DNA of 64,000 bases from an uncultured delta proteobacterium (GCA_963755715.1 CAVWLW010000036.1:32001-96000); one strand, 5' to 3'. Shown: positions 42,166-53,811, counted from the stretch's first letter. The notes: generated by a model from the letters alone, not told the origin. Translations and numbers: made by a program.

Positions 42166-43882
42166 ATGTTCACCCGTCAGTGGTCTACATCGGAGCGGAA
42201 ATACGAGATCATCGTCGATCGCGACGTCAAAGTGCGCATGCCGGACGGCACGCATTTAGATGGCGACATCTTTCGGCCTGATTCCGATGAGAAATTTCCC
42301 GTCATCCTCGGCGCGCATGCGTACAACAAGAATTTACAGTCGCCGCCCATGCTTCCTGTCGGTTTCACGCCGATGCGCGGCTACATGGAAAGCGGCGACT
42401 CGACTTTCTTCGCGCGCCGCGGTTACGTCCACGCGGTTTTCAACGTCCGCGGCTCCGGCAATTCAGAAGGCTTCTATCAATTGATGGGACCGCAGGAAGT
42501 GCGCGATATTTGCGATTTGATCGAGTGGCTTGCGGCGCAGCCGTGGAGCAACGGTGTGGTCGGAATGTTCGGCGTCTCTTACTTCGCGCGCCTCGCCAAA
42601 GCGGTCGCCGCGCTCGGACCCGAGCCACTCAAGGCGATCTTCGCGCCGTTCGCCGGCACCGACGATTATCGCCATCGCTGCTACCATGGCGGGATTTTGG
42701 CGCATGGCTTCATCAGTCACTGGCGCAACAGCCTGCACAAACCTAACTATCGAAGTCTCTACAAAGAGAAACACGGCGAAGCCGCATACAAAGAAGCGAT
42801 CGCGCTAGCATTGCGCGATGAAGAGATCGTGGCTGCAGCCGGGGCTGCGCGAAGCGCTGCAGAACCCCGATGCAGGAACCAACGCGTTGATCGTCGATTT
42901 CGTATTGCATCCTTTCGACGGCCCGTTCTGGCGCGAGCACAGCGCGCAAGATGAAAAAGCGACGATCCCCGCCTACCTCGGCGCTTGCTGGGGTAACTAC
43001 GGTTTACATCTACCGGGAGCGTTCTCAGCCTGGAAAAAATGGCGCGGGCCGAAAAAAATGGTGATCGGTCCGGGAGTTTATCTCGACCGTCCGGTGTATC
43101 AGTACCAAGACGAATCGCTGCGCTGGTTCGATTATTGGCTCAAAGGTATAGACACCGGCATTATGGACGAGCCGCCGATCCGCTGCTTCATCGCGCCCAC
43201 CGGTGAATGGAAAAATTTGAGCTGATTGGCCGCCGCCCGAGGCGCGCTGGACGACGTTTTACCTGCACAAGGATGGAATACTCAGCGAGCACGAGCTTTG
43301 GCCCGCTGAAGGCTCGGACTCCTTCGACGAATCGAGCTTCGAGCACGGCGCGCTTACTTATTCGACGCCGCTGCTGGTGGAAAACACCGAAGTGCTCGGT
43401 CCGAGCGTCTTGACGCTTTACGTTTCGACGACCGACACGCGATGCGCTGATGTTTATCACGCTCTTGCTGATCGATCGCGACGGCCGCGAGCACGAGCTC
43501 ACGCGCGGCTGGCTGCGCGCCTCGCAGCGCAAGCTGCGCGATGACAGCGAACCTTGGGAGCCGATCCAAGCGCACGAAAAACGCGAGCCTTTGGAACCGG
43601 GAAAGATATACGAATTGAAAATTCCCATCGTGCCGACGGCGCGGTTGTTTCAAGCCGGCGAGCGCATCGCTCTCCGCATCAAGGGCGCCGACGATGAGCC
43701 CGCAGTGAATTCATTGCAAGCCTTAGCGCGCAATCATATCCGCCGTCCGCGGCCCGCTGCGCATCACGATCCACCACGACGAGTCGCACCCGTCGCATCT
43801 CGATCTGCCGATCACCCGCGGCAATATTATCGGGACATTCTTTTCAGGCGGGGATATCAGCTCGTTTGGACTGTCGCACTGA
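42166..43882 (+). pseudogene. CocE/NonD family hydrolase split by four single-base frameshifts (pseudogene or sequencing errors)
   Basis: VRMPDGTHL, NVRGSGNSEG, WSNGVVGMFGVSY, RWFDYWLKG, TRGWLRASQR; breaks near 42830, 43220, 43440, 43755. Confidence 0.78.
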
Positions 43883-44037
43883 ATACAGCGATGAGGGATA
43901 ATTTTAGTCGAAAACCAGGCACTCACGAATATTGTTCTATAGTTCTGAGTAAGGACTAGCAAATGGCATCAATTTTGTGGTTTGTTGCAAGCCTTTTCGC
44001 CGGCGTTCTCACAATGCGGGGGCTAGGTCGGCCTCGC

Positions 44038-44124
44038 CTGGATTCCCGCTTAAAGCATGCGGGAATGACGGATAGAACGTATTGTCATTTCCCCTCTTTG
44101 AAAAAGAGGGGCGAGGGGAGATTT
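44038..44124. repeat. Two adjacent REP-like palindromes
   Basis: ctggattcccgcttaaagcatgcgggaatgacg and cccctctttgaaaaagaggggcgaggggagattt. Confidence 0.7.
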
Positions 44125-44130
44125 TCCTGT

Positions 44131-45228
44131 TCACGCCGCCTTGAACGTCGACGTCACTTCCTGATGCCCGCCGTTCTCTTTGAGTTCTTCTTCGTAATAG
44201 AGCCCGAGTGCATTGAGCACCGGCAAATCCTGAATCGAGAACAACACGGCATCCGCGCTCGCCGATAGATTCGCGTGCTCATGCAAAGCCCAGGGCGGCA
44301 GCGCGAAGATATCGCCTTTGCTCCAATTGAAACGTTGTCCGTCGATGATCGTGAAGCCGGCGCCGTTCACGACGTGGTAAACCGCGCTGCCGGTGTGGCG
44401 ATGCGCTTTGGTGTGTTCACCCGGCCGCAGCAGCTGCACCATGCAAGCCATCGTCGGCAGCACCGGCCCGCCGGTTTGCGGATGACGATACTCGAGCAAA
44501 ACGCCATCGTGCGCGCTGCCCTCGTGATCGCGGAGCGAATTTAGCGCTTGCCAGGCTTGCTCCCAGGAATAAAGCAGGAGCGGCGAAGATGGCGCTTTCT
44601 CTTTCACCCAGGTTGGCGTGATATGAGCGTGACCATACAGTTGTCTGGAAGCGTTTGGCGGACGCGACACCGGCACTTGCGGGGCAGAATAGAACTGGAA
44701 AAACATCGCTTCTAGTGACGCGATCAGTGGAATATCAAGCCCGTCCATCCAAACGACGCGATCCTTCGTTTCGTTGCCGTGATCGTGCCAAGCCCAACTC
44801 GGGGTCAAGATCAGATCACCGGGCGCCATGTAGACGCGTTCGCCGTCGACCGCCGTATAGGCGCCGCTACCTTCTATAATAAATCGAATCGCCGTCGGCG
44901 TGTGGCGATGCGCGCGCGCGACTTCGCCCGGCAGGAGGATTTGCACCGCGGCGATCAGATTATTCGTCGTCGCCCAACGGCCGCCGAGTCCGGGATTGAA
45001 TAGCTGCAATGCCCGCCGTTCGTCGCCAACGGGAACTGCACGAGCGGACTCTTCGATGATCGATTGCGTCGTCGACCACGGCCACATATGCGGAATCATC
45101 TTGGGCTGAGGTTGCGGCGTCATCTGACTCGCCAGCTCCCATAATCCGTACATGTTGTTAGCGTGCATGCGCTCGTGGAATGCCGCGCGAAAGGCGTCCG
45201 CTTCCGATCTGATTTCCGGTTTAGCCAT
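44131..45228 (-). CDS. Gentisate 1,2-dioxygenase family bicupin
   Basis: ERRALQLFNPG, QILLPGEVARAHRHTPTAIRF, WHDHGN, WMDGLDIP, HRHTGSAVY. Confidence 0.88.
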   Translation of the reverse strand: MAKPEIRSEADAFRAAFHERMHANNMYGLWELASQMTPQPQPKMIPHMWPWSTTQSIIEESARAVPVGDERRALQLFNPGLGGRWATTNNLIAAVQILLPGEVARAHRHTPTAIRFIIEGSGAYTAVDGERVYMAPGDLILTPSWAWHDHGNETKDRVVWMDGLDIPLIASLEAMFFQFYSAPQVPVSRPPNASRQLYGHAHITPTWVKEKAPSSPLLLYSWEQAWQALNSLRDHEGSAHDGVLLEYRHPQTGGPVLPTMACMVQLLRPGEHTKAHRHTGSAVYHVVNGAGFTIIDGQRFNWSKGDIFALPPWALHEHANLSASADAVLFSIQDLPVLNALGLYYEEELKENGGHQEVTSTFKAA

Positions 45229-45514
45229 CACAATCTCCTTAATCATTCAGCCAACTTAACCATGCCAAGGCGTTGCAATTTTTAGGTTAGCCGAGCGGCA
45301 CTTCCGATGTCAACTGAGCCTCGACTTCTCTGTGACTTAACGTTTCGCTCCTCCGCTCTGCGAAGCGCGACTCTGCTGTTTTGTCAATGGGAACGTCGGG
45401 AATAGCAATTCTATATCTCACGGTTTTACCGACACCTTGAACCATAGCCTCGCCACCGTTAAGCTGGCTGTGAGCCGGTTATGATTTTGCCGTATCAAAC
45501 AACTGACGAGCTCT

Positions 45515-46273
45515 ATGATTCCCTATCGTGACGAGAATGAGACTCAGCGTCCGGCCATAGTTACGGCAGCGATTATAGCCGTGAACTTTCTGGTTTGGAT
45601 TGTCGTGCAAGGGGCCGGCTCGGATTTGGCGGTAGCGAAATCGGTTTGCGAGCTCGGTCTCATTCCCGGTGAGCTGACACTCTCGGTTCCGGCTGGAACC
45701 GGCTTCCGGATGGGAGAAAACCTCGCCTGCTTGACCGATCCCGGCCGCCAAGTCTCACATCTGTTCACTTCCATGTTTCTTCATGGCTCGTGGATGCATC
45801 TATTGGGCAACATGTGGTTTCTGTGGATTTTCGGCAACAACATCGAAGACTCCATGGGACGGCTGCGCTTTATTCTCTTCTATTTGTTGTGCGGATTGGC
45901 GGCGGCGATGGGCCAGGTCCTGACCAGTCCCAATTCGCCAATCCCTATGGTCGGCGCCTCGGGAGCAATAAGCGGCGTCATGGGCGCTTACTTAATGCTT
46001 TTTCCGAGGGTCCGTGTTTACGCGCTGGTCCCGATCATTGTCATCTTCACCTCGGTTGCCATGCCTGCCTGGGTCATGCTCGGTTACTGGTTTCTGATCC
46101 AGTTTATCAGCGGGCTCGCAACTGTCGGCGGCGATGTCGGTGGCGTCGCCTTCTGGGCGCATGTCGGCGGTTTTCTGGCAGGGGTGGTGCTCGTAAAGTT
46201 TTTCGTTCGCGAAGATTATTTGGAAGCTCACCGAGCGCACAACTGGCGGCCGCGCCGCGTCATGTTCAACTGA
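45515..46273 (+). CDS. Rhomboid family intramembrane serine protease
   Basis: TSMFLHGSWMHLLGNM, GASGAISG, AHVGGF. Confidence 0.93.
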   Translation: MIPYRDENETQRPAIVTAAIIAVNFLVWIVVQGAGSDLAVAKSVCELGLIPGELTLSVPAGTGFRMGENLACLTDPGRQVSHLFTSMFLHGSWMHLLGNMWFLWIFGNNIEDSMGRLRFILFYLLCGLAAAMGQVLTSPNSPIPMVGASGAISGVMGAYLMLFPRVRVYALVPIIVIFTSVAMPAWVMLGYWFLIQFISGLATVGGDVGGVAFWAHVGGFLAGVVLVKFFVREDYLEAHRAHNWRPRRVMFN

Positions 46274-46497
46274 ACGTATCCGCGCAGCGATTCCAATCCT
46301 GTGATCAAGTCGAGTGACGGCTCACGCACTTAGGTGCTCATTACCAGAGCCGCCGCAGTAGGATGGCCATTGCTAGCCCTGATCTGCGCGGCTTCCTCGG
46401 CCGTAAAAAGTAAGTTGCATTTTCAAAAATCGATGCGCTATTCTACGCCCGCGGCAAATCCAATAGCTCACCGTCGATCCCGTGAAAAGAGAACCCG

Positions 46498-46827
46498 ATG
46501 AAAATCATCAAACCCTTTAGGCTGATCGCGATCTTGCCGATGTTGGCGGCAATTTTTAGCTGCCAAACGGTCACAACGGAATCGATCACGGTCGAAGTTC
46601 CGACTGTCGAAACAGCGCAAGACGAGGCGCTTTCGAAGTCCGTGCGAGATCGCCTGCTAGCGAATAATAAGGCTGATTTCGATAGCGTGAAGATTGTTTC
46701 CAGCGCCGGGACCGTCTACCTGAGCGGCACCGTGCGATCTTTGGAAGCGCGGCAACAAGCAATAAAAATAGCTTGGGACGTGCGCGGCGTGCAAAGCGTG
46801 GTGAATCGCCTTGAAGTGGAAAAATGA
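46498..46827 (+). CDS. BON domain lipoprotein
   Basis: Lipobox IFSC; GTVYLSGTV...VRGVQSVVNRL. Confidence 0.87.
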   Translation: MKIIKPFRLIAILPMLAAIFSCQTVTTESITVEVPTVETAQDEALSKSVRDRLLANNKADFDSVKIVSSAGTVYLSGTVRSLEARQQAIKIAWDVRGVQSVVNRLEVEK

Positions 46828-46953
46828 GCGTGGGTTGTGGTCTCTAACATCCAAATATTCGGCAAAAATTTGATCTTCCGTTTTAATAGAAGTGTCTCGG
46901 TTTGATTTTCGTCGCGCGGATTTGCATGAGGAATAAAATCTGAGGCGGAGGCA

Positions 46954-47673
46954 ATGCGGATGACATTCACCGTTTTAACATTACTGACGGCGCTAGGTTT
47001 ACTCATTGAGATCGGGCTGCCAATCTCCGCCGGAGCTCAAAGCTATAATTGGACGGGCTTCTATGCCGGCGCGCAGGCGGGATTCGCTAAACCGAAGGAC
47101 TTCGTCAGGTACGGCGGTTCCAGCACTGGCGCTCCTTTCGATTCCCTCGATCAAACTATTAGCCATAGAGAGAATGGTTTCGCCCCTGGCGGGCAAGCCG
47201 GCTACAATCACCAATTTGGTTGGATTGTTCCCGGCTTGGAGGCCGATCTTGGCTACATGGGATTCAATGGCGGCCGCTTGTCGCCGCCGCAATTCGATCC
47301 CCAGCAACAAACCCACGCGGTCAGTTCCGGCGGGCTTTTTGGAACCGTAACGGGTCGACTCGGCATCGCGGTTAACCGCGCGTTGTTATATGTAAAAGGC
47401 GGCTTCGCCTATGCAAACCTCAGACTTGGCGTCACCGACTCGGTTCCGCCACTGACCACCGACGCGACAGAACGCCTGACCTATACGGGCTGGACGATCG
47501 GCGGCGGTGTCGAATTCGCTTTGACTCAAAACTGGCTGATAAAAACTGAATATCAATTCATGGATTTTGGCCGAAAATCGATTTCTGCTGTTGCCAGCGA
47601 TGGCATTACCGACACTTGGAAGCATGATCCATCCGCCCACCTGATTAAGCTCGGCATAAACTACAAGTTTTAA
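46954..47673 (+). CDS. Outer membrane beta-barrel protein (Omp25/RopB-like)
   Basis: NWTGFYAG, GGQAGYN, GWTIGGGVEF, terminal GINYKF. Confidence 0.88.
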   Translation: MRMTFTVLTLLTALGLLIEIGLPISAGAQSYNWTGFYAGAQAGFAKPKDFVRYGGSSTGAPFDSLDQTISHRENGFAPGGQAGYNHQFGWIVPGLEADLGYMGFNGGRLSPPQFDPQQQTHAVSSGGLFGTVTGRLGIAVNRALLYVKGGFAYANLRLGVTDSVPPLTTDATERLTYTGWTIGGGVEFALTQNWLIKTEYQFMDFGRKSISAVASDGITDTWKHDPSAHLIKLGINYKF

Positions 47674-47836
47674 GATCATTCAATCCGCTAAACCTACGCG
47701 ACGCGGGGATCTTCTATCCTCTTTACCGACGGGCTAGTGAGTTCTTTACTAGAGTCGTATTCGGAAATTTTCTCCGCCATGGGGCAATCTACCTCGCACT
47801 CAAGACTGGTGGCCACGCCGGATCGCGCGCAAAAGT

Positions 47837-48528
47837 CTATAAAATATTGACCGCGTGCGCGGCCAACAGCGCAATAATCAGCAGCGACAGCAGCGATTGT
47901 AACATCATCAAGATTTTCGCCCAGCGCGCCAAAACCGGCGCGTCGGTCGGCGAAAAGGCCGTGCTGGTGTTAAAGGCAAAGAAATAAATAATCGACGAAA
48001 TCCGGCGACCAGTCCTCCTGGCCTGCTGATTTCAGCGCTTCTTCGTTCATCGTCGTTTGTGGGAAAGAGAAAGGCGCCGCAGGCATAACCGCCACTGCTT
48101 ATCGCGCTGATGCGGTCCGCCGGCGTCCAGTCGCCAATACCACAATGCGAACACGAGGATGTTGGTAGCCCAAAGCGAAGCGGCCGAGAGCAAGAGTTCC
48201 AGAGGCCCTTCTTTGTGCGTCGGTAGCGCGCCGATCAAGAGTATGACCGAAATAATCAGACCGATGTGAGAACAGCGTCCACAGCAAACCCAAAAATCGC
48301 ATTCAGCCGATGTTTGCCAGCGTGATGCGATACGATGGTCGGCACCAGCAGAGCCAGAACCACGGACGGGAACAACCAACGAGGACCCAGCGTAAGCGCA
48401 TCGGGTAATGCCGTATAAAGACCGCCCACTGCGATAACCGCGACAAACGCGGGCCAGCGCGGCTCCGGCTCGTCCAGATCAACGACCTCTGGTACGCCGG
48501 TCGGAGTGTCGAGCTCGTCCTGCGACAT
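47837..48528 (-). pseudogene. DUF1345-like membrane protein split by about three indels
   Basis: EPRWPA, LWATNILVFALWYWRLDAGGP, FLFPQ, WSPDFVDYLFLAFNTSTAFSPTD, AARAVNIL across frames. Confidence 0.72.
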
Positions 48529-48721
48529 GAATTTAATAATGCCTCAGATCTCAACGCTCGGCTAGGGGATTGAAGCTGCGCCCGCTGCTGACACTGGCCG
48601 TGTCGTTTCCCGTTAATTCGGACCAGTAAGGACGCGGTCAAACATCGGATGATGTTTGTTGACATCGCAGTCCGCGATCGGCTAATGTCCGGTCCGCATA
48701 AAGGCGGAAGGAGGAAACGTT

Positions 48722-49300
48722 ATGCCGACACAGCGATTTATTGTAAGTCTGTTCGTGGCCGTTGCGGTAATCCTGGGATCCCGGTGCGCGGTCGAGGTCG
48801 CAATCGCGGCCGAGCCTTTCATGTTGACGTCCTCTGCGTTCCAAGATGGCACGCCGCTGCAAAAGAAAAACTCCGGCGACCGCAAGGACAATCCGAACTG
48901 CGTCGGCGAGAATGTTTCGCCACCGTTGAGTTGGTCTAATCCGCCGGCCGGCAGTAAAAGCTTCGCGCTCACGATGGTCGACCCCGAAGGCAGAGGCGGA
49001 CAAGGCGTAGTTCACTGGGTTGCATACGGCATTTCAGTATCAGTAACTGGCTTCGCCGAAGGCGAAGTGAGCAAACCATCGGAAAAATACGTCGGAGGCA
49101 AGGGCAGCGCCGGCGCCGGGACCTATCAGGGACCATGCACGCCCCGCGGCGCCCCACACCACTACACGTTCACGCTCATCGCCACCGATCTGGAGCCGAC
49201 CGACCTGCCGCCCGGGCTCACTCGAGAAGAGCTCTTCGCGAAACTGACCGGCCACACCAAAGGCGCCACCGGTCTCGTCGGTTTGTTCGGCTCTCCGTGA
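48722..49300 (+). CDS. YbhB/YbcL (PEBP) family exported protein
   Basis: GENVSPPLSW, VDPEG, HWVAYGI, YQGPCTP, HHYTFTL. Confidence 0.9.
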   Translation: MPTQRFIVSLFVAVAVILGSRCAVEVAIAAEPFMLTSSAFQDGTPLQKKNSGDRKDNPNCVGENVSPPLSWSNPPAGSKSFALTMVDPEGRGGQGVVHWVAYGISVSVTGFAEGEVSKPSEKYVGGKGSAGAGTYQGPCTPRGAPHHYTFTLIATDLEPTDLPPGLTREELFAKLTGHTKGATGLVGLFGSP

Positions 49301-49305
49301 GAGAA

Positions 49306-49400
49306 AAGGCACAAGGCAAGAGGCCTGAGCCGTGAGAAAGAAAAAGACTAACGACAGAAAACATCTACTCCCTTAACTCTTGCCTCAAGCCTCATGCCTT
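49306..49400. repeat. Inverted 7-mer array (AAGGCAA/TTGCCTC), overlapping the monooxygenase stop
   Basis: aaggcacaaggcaagaggcc ... ctcttgcctcaagcctcatgcctt. Confidence 0.55.
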
Positions 49401-50535
49401 GCGCCTATTGGTTCTTTCCGTCTCCACTCGCGCCATGAATTTCGGCGACAGCTCGCGCAGCCGCTCGTCCGTCATGCGCCCACTGCGCGTCATGTAGTCG
49501 TAGGCAAGCTGCCAGGGCTCTAGATTCATTTTTTCACGCAGGCGTTCATACCAGAAAGAGCTGGCGTTAGCCGCTGCGACGATCTTTTCCACAACCGGTC
49601 GCCGTTCTCGTTCGAACGCGGCCAACGCATCGGACACATCGTCGCCCGCTTCGGCAAAAGCCCGGTCAAGCGCGATGGCGTCCTCGAAAGCGAGGCGCGT
49701 GCCCGAGCCGATGGAAAAATGCACGGTGCGCGACGCGTCGCCGATCAGCAAGACATTTCCGACATACCATCGGCGCGTCGCAAGCAGCGGAAACTGACGC
49801 CAGATCGATTTGTTGGAGACGAGCGAGTTGCCGCTCAGATCCGCCGCGAATACGCGCTCGCAATAAGTCCGGCTGTCATTCTCCGACATACCGTCCAACC
49901 CGGCGCGCCGCCATGTTGTTTCGTCGCATTCGACCACGAAAGTGCTCATCGTCGGACTATGGCGATAATGGTGCGCGACAAACGACCCGTCGGAATTGGC
50001 GCGGAAGGTCAAGGAGAGACACTCGAACGTTTGCCGGGTGCCATACCAAGCAAAGCGATTGGTGAGCCAGTTCTAACTCGGGTTCGAATTCCGTTTCGAA
50101 TGCCCGACGGATAAATGAAGTTCCACCGTCGGCGCCGACGAGCAAATCGCAGTCACTCACCTCATCGATCGAAGCAATAACGCGGTGATACTCGATCTCC
50201 ACGCCTGCGGCGGCGCAGAGTTCTTGCAGAAACTGATTGAGCTCCAGACGGCCGATGGCGGAAAACCCGTTGCCGTCGATCTCCACCTGCTCGTCGCGGT
50301 GCACGATGCGCTGCATCGGCCAGGACTCCAAGCGAGGAATTAGCAGAGCATGAAAATCTGCCACGTCGCGTTCGAGAAATGCCAGCGCATTGAGCGAAAA
50401 CACGACGCCAAAACCGAAAGTAGCATCGGGTGGATTTTGCTCAAAAATATGAACGCGCCACGCCGGAAAGCGCCGTTTGATCAGCAGCGCAAACAACAAG
50501 CCGGCCGGCCCGGCGCCAACGATGTGGATTCGCAC
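49392..50535 (-). CDS. FAD-dependent monooxygenase, like the N-terminal domain of salicylyl-CoA 5-hydroxylase/AbmA; +1 frameshift near 50071
   Basis: GAGPAGL, EQNPPDATFGFGVVFS, GADG, GDASRTVHFSIGSGTRLAFEDA. Confidence 0.85.
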
Positions 50536-50542
50536 GGGAAGC

Positions 50543-50625
50543 TCACCACGAAGGTCGCGAAGAGCACGAAGTTAAGTAACCCATAATATCGAACCCCTTC
50601 GTGTCCTTCGTGCGCTCCGTGGTGA
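50543..50625. repeat. Inverted 9-mer repeat element (CACGAAG family)
   Basis: tcaccacgaaggtcgcgaagagcacgaag ... cttcgtgtccttcgtgcgctccgtggtga. Confidence 0.8.
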
Positions 50626-50652
50626 TTAGGTTTAATAGCGAACTGCAATCTC

Positions 50653-51672
50653 TCATTTTCCCTGCTCGCCATAAAGCTTCTTCACAAAGCCGCTCGCCTC
50701 GATCTCGCGCAAAAGGCGCGGATCGACGAAGTCCTTCGGATCGGCGCCTTTGGCGCGCGGGTTCGTCTCGGCAACTTGAGTGATGCCAAGCTTCATATCT
50801 TCGACGTTTGGATAGGGAACCCTCTCGAATGCATCGGCATAAACTCGCTGCGTCTCCTCCAGCATGGCGCGGTCGGTCGTATTGGTGTATTTGCCGATGA
50901 CGCCCATCGTAAAATTCGCATCGGTCTTAAAGCGATGTACCGCTTCGATATGGGCTTCGAGAAACGCGCGGATCGCTGACTCGCGAGTGCGCAATAATTT
51001 TTGCGTGACGATAACCGAAGAAAGCGGATACCGATACCCGGCCGTATTGTAATCCACCAGAACGCGAAAACCCGCGGCGCGAGCGTGCAGCACGGCTGGA
51101 AAACCAAACGTGCCGCCTTCGATCAGCCCGGCCTTGAGCCCGGCCACAGTTTCCGGCAAGCCGCCCATTTGACGAATCATCACATCGCGGTCGGGCACCA
51201 GCCCGTTCTGACGCAGGTATATTCGCGTAAAAAAATCCGTGACGGTGCCAACGCGTGTAACGCCGATGCTCTTGCCGCGCAAATCCTCGACCCGCTGGAT
51301 TTGCGGCGCCGCCACCGTGAAAACGATGACACGGTTCACGGGAATTGCGACGTAAATCGTATCCGCACCGGCAAGTTTGGCATCGACTCCTGCCGGTCCG
51401 CCGATCGCTGCGACATCGATGCTGCCGCCGACCAAGGTCTGCACCGCCCGCGACCCAGCGGCGATATAAACTAGCTCGACGTCCAAGCCATGGCGCTGGA
51501 AAATTCCCGCTTCTTTCGCAATCCACGGAATCGAGAAAGCCGCCGTGATCGCCGCATAGGCGACGCGCAGCTTCTGCGGTGCTTCAGCGGCACCACCGGC
51601 GCTCGTCATCAAGCCGAACGAGACAGAAATTGCTAGAAGCGAAATCGTTTTGCGAGGAAAAAAGCGAAACAT
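50653..51672 (-). CDS. ABC substrate-binding protein, SsuA/NMT1 type
   Basis: Start MFRFFPRK with GGAGG upstream; GIFQRHGLDVELV, DLRGKSIGVTR. Confidence 0.87.
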   Translation of the reverse strand: MFRFFPRKTISLLAISVSFGLMTSAGGAAEAPQKLRVAYAAITAAFSIPWIAKEAGIFQRHGLDVELVYIAAGSRAVQTLVGGSIDVAAIGGPAGVDAKLAGADTIYVAIPVNRVIVFTVAAPQIQRVEDLRGKSIGVTRVGTVTDFFTRIYLRQNGLVPDRDVMIRQMGGLPETVAGLKAGLIEGGTFGFPAVLHARAAGFRVLVDYNTAGYRYPLSSVIVTQKLLRTRESAIRAFLEAHIEAVHRFKTDANFTMGVIGKYTNTTDRAMLEETQRVYADAFERVPYPNVEDMKLGITQVAETNPRAKGADPKDFVDPRLLREIEASGFVKKLYGEQGK

Positions 51673-51725
51673 CTCCAGTTCCTCCAGCCGGTATCGTTCC
51701 TCGGAACTAAATGATTGCCGCCAAC

Positions 51726-52712
51726 TCAGACATGATCGACATCGCCGCCGTCTTCCGGGTCGGTGTCGATGAACAATTCGTCGATCGGCTGCGTTTTGCG
51801 GATCAAGCCCTGTCGCTGGCAATAGTCAATGATAGTTTCTAGATTTTTGCGATTACTCTCACCTAAACCATAGGCCCACGGATCTGGCCCGAGGAGCTTG
51901 CGCTCTTCCTCATATTCGGTCCTCACCCAAGCGAGCGGCGTGATGCGTGGATTGGCCAGCCGTTTGTAGGCGATCTGCTTGGCCTTTTCAAAAGCCTTGA
52001 CCAGACTGACCGCAGCCCAGGGATATTTGTCGACGATCTCCTGCTTGATCACCGTCACATGCATGATCGGAAAGATGCCAGTCTGCTGAAAGTATTCGCG
52101 CTCGACGGCCTTGTAGTCGGGAAACAAGCGCGCGACCCGTTTGTCGCCGTCGACCATAGGTTGAGGAATGTAAGGATTGATCATCGCCGGTATCTCGCCT
52201 TCGGCGAGCATCGTGTCCATCGACTTGCCGGCGGGAATCATTTCGATCTTCAATCCCGGCGGCGGATCAAACGGCACATCTTCGCTGCGGTCGACCACCC
52301 AGGTGATTTCTTTGTGCGGCACGCCGTAATGCTGCTCGAAAATGCCGCGCAGCCAGATATTGCCCGCCGGCTGAAAATTGGTGCCGCCGACTCTTTTGCC
52401 GATCAAATCTTTCGGCGTCTTGATACCGGAATCAACGTTGACGAAGGCAAAACCATGGCGAAACCGGCGGTGCAAAAATACCGGAATCGCCGCCAGCGGA
52501 TCACCGTGATCGCGCGACATCAAGTAGCCGCCGACGTTGAACTCGCAAACGTCGAACTCTTGGTTGCGCGCCATGCGCCAGTGGCGCTCACGCGGCCCGT
52601 GTCCGGTCAACACCACGAGCTCGAGGCCGTCCGCTTCCACCGCACCTTCTTTTAAAGCGCGAATGATTTCGTAATCACCGACCGCCACTGAAAGTCTGAT
52701 TTTGCTTGCCAT
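51726..52712 (-). CDS. 4,5-dihydroxyphthalate decarboxylase (Pht5/OphC)-like protein
   Basis: GDYE..RAL, FDVCE, IPVFLHRRFRH, TGIFPIMH, DPWAYGL..NRKNLE. Confidence 0.8.
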   Translation of the reverse strand: MASKIRLSVAVGDYEIIRALKEGAVEADGLELVVLTGHGPRERHWRMARNQEFDVCEFNVGGYLMSRDHGDPLAAIPVFLHRRFRHGFAFVNVDSGIKTPKDLIGKRVGGTNFQPAGNIWLRGIFEQHYGVPHKEITWVVDRSEDVPFDPPPGLKIEMIPAGKSMDTMLAEGEIPAMINPYIPQPMVDGDKRVARLFPDYKAVEREYFQQTGIFPIMHVTVIKQEIVDKYPWAAVSLVKAFEKAKQIAYKRLANPRITPLAWVRTEYEEERKLLGPDPWAYGLGESNRKNLETIIDYCQRQGLIRKTQPIDELFIDTDPEDGGDVDHV

Positions 52713-52734
52713 TAGGAATCTCCTCTCACTGCGC

Positions 52735-52806
52735 TGGAGTAGTGGAATGTTGGAGTGATGGAGTAATGGGTTCTAACCCCAACACTCCAATACTCCATCA
52801 CTCCAT
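52735..52806. repeat. Inverted 8-mer array (TGGAGTRR)
   Basis: Perfect 15-bp IR tggagtgatggagta / tactccatcactcca. Confidence 0.75.
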
Positions 52807-52818
52807 CCACCCAGCTCT

Positions 52819-53811
52819 TCAATTCCCGTACAGTTTCTGCACGAAGCCTTCCTTTTCGATTTCGTCGATCAAGTTCATATCGACAAACTCCGCCGGATTT
52901 CTTTGACCGGCGCCGATCGACGCCAAGATGTTTTTGATCCCTTCCAATTCCGTGCGCGGCGAGCGCGACAAGCGCTTGGCGAAAAACTCGTAGGTTCCTT
53001 CGACGGCTTCGTTATCGGTAATCTGCAGATATTTTCTAAGAATCTTCAGGCTTCCTTCCTTATTGGTTTTGACATAGTGAATGCCTTCGATCTGGCCCTT
53101 GATGAATCCTTTCAGCTGCGTGCGATTTTGTTGGAGATAGGAGCGGGTAACGATGTTCGACGTGTTGGTGAAGTAACCGAAGTCGCCGATATCCGCCAAA
53201 ACGTTCATGCCGAGCTTTTTTGCCTGGTAGATTTCCGGATAGGACTGCACCGTCGCATCGACTTTCTTGCTGATCAGCGCCGCCATGCGCGCCGAGGTGC
53301 CGCCGGTCTGCAACATGGAGATGTCTTTAGGATCCATTTTCCACGCTTTCACCGCCATCAGCACGGCGGCGTCGTTGGAACCGCCGAAACGATTGATGCC
53401 GATGACCTTGCCGCGCAATTGCTGCGGCTCTTTGATTTCCGGGCGGGAGATGAGCAGCATCGGCAGTTTATTTTCCAAGGTCGCGACGATCACCACTGGG
53501 GCGCCCTGCGTCGCGCCGATCACCGCCGAAGAGGCCGCCGTTTGCGTCAGTTGCAGGCTACCGCCGAGCAGGGCTTGAATATTCGGCGAGCCCGCCTGAA
53601 TCAAGATAATTTCCAGGTCGACGCCGTATTTTTTGCTGAATCCCAGTTCCTTGTTGACCCACAGCGGCAGTTGATAGCCGGCTGTACCGCCGTAGCTGAC
53701 GAGAAAACGGCTTGATTCGGCAACCCAGCCAATCCGCGCACTTTCTACGAGGCATGTGGAAACAATCATCATGCCGAGCAGAGCTCGCCGCCATTTTGCC
53801 GTGATCATCAT
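52819..53811 (-). CDS. ABC substrate-binding protein, SsuA/NMT1 type
   Basis: AGGAGGT RBS, signal peptide, LRGKVIGINRFGGS. Confidence 0.87.
   Translation of the reverse strand: MMITAKWRRALLGMMIVSTCLVESARIGWVAESSRFLVSYGGTAGYQLPLWVNKELGFSKKYGVDLEIILIQAGSPNIQALLGGSLQLTQTAASSAVIGATQGAPVVIVATLENKLPMLLISRPEIKEPQQLRGKVIGINRFGGSNDAAVLMAVKAWKMDPKDISMLQTGGTSARMAALISKKVDATVQSYPEIYQAKKLGMNVLADIGDFGYFTNTSNIVTRSYLQQNRTQLKGFIKGQIEGIHYVKTNKEGSLKILRKYLQITDNEAVEGTYEFFAKRLSRSPRTELEGIKNILASIGAGQRNPAEFVDMNLIDEIEKEGFVQKLYGN

Noticed and set aside
43218-43226. TGA ending ORF 42818..43225 as a possible selenocysteine codon
   Set aside because: Removing one base restores LADWPPPEARW in another frame; it is a frameshift with no redox motif.
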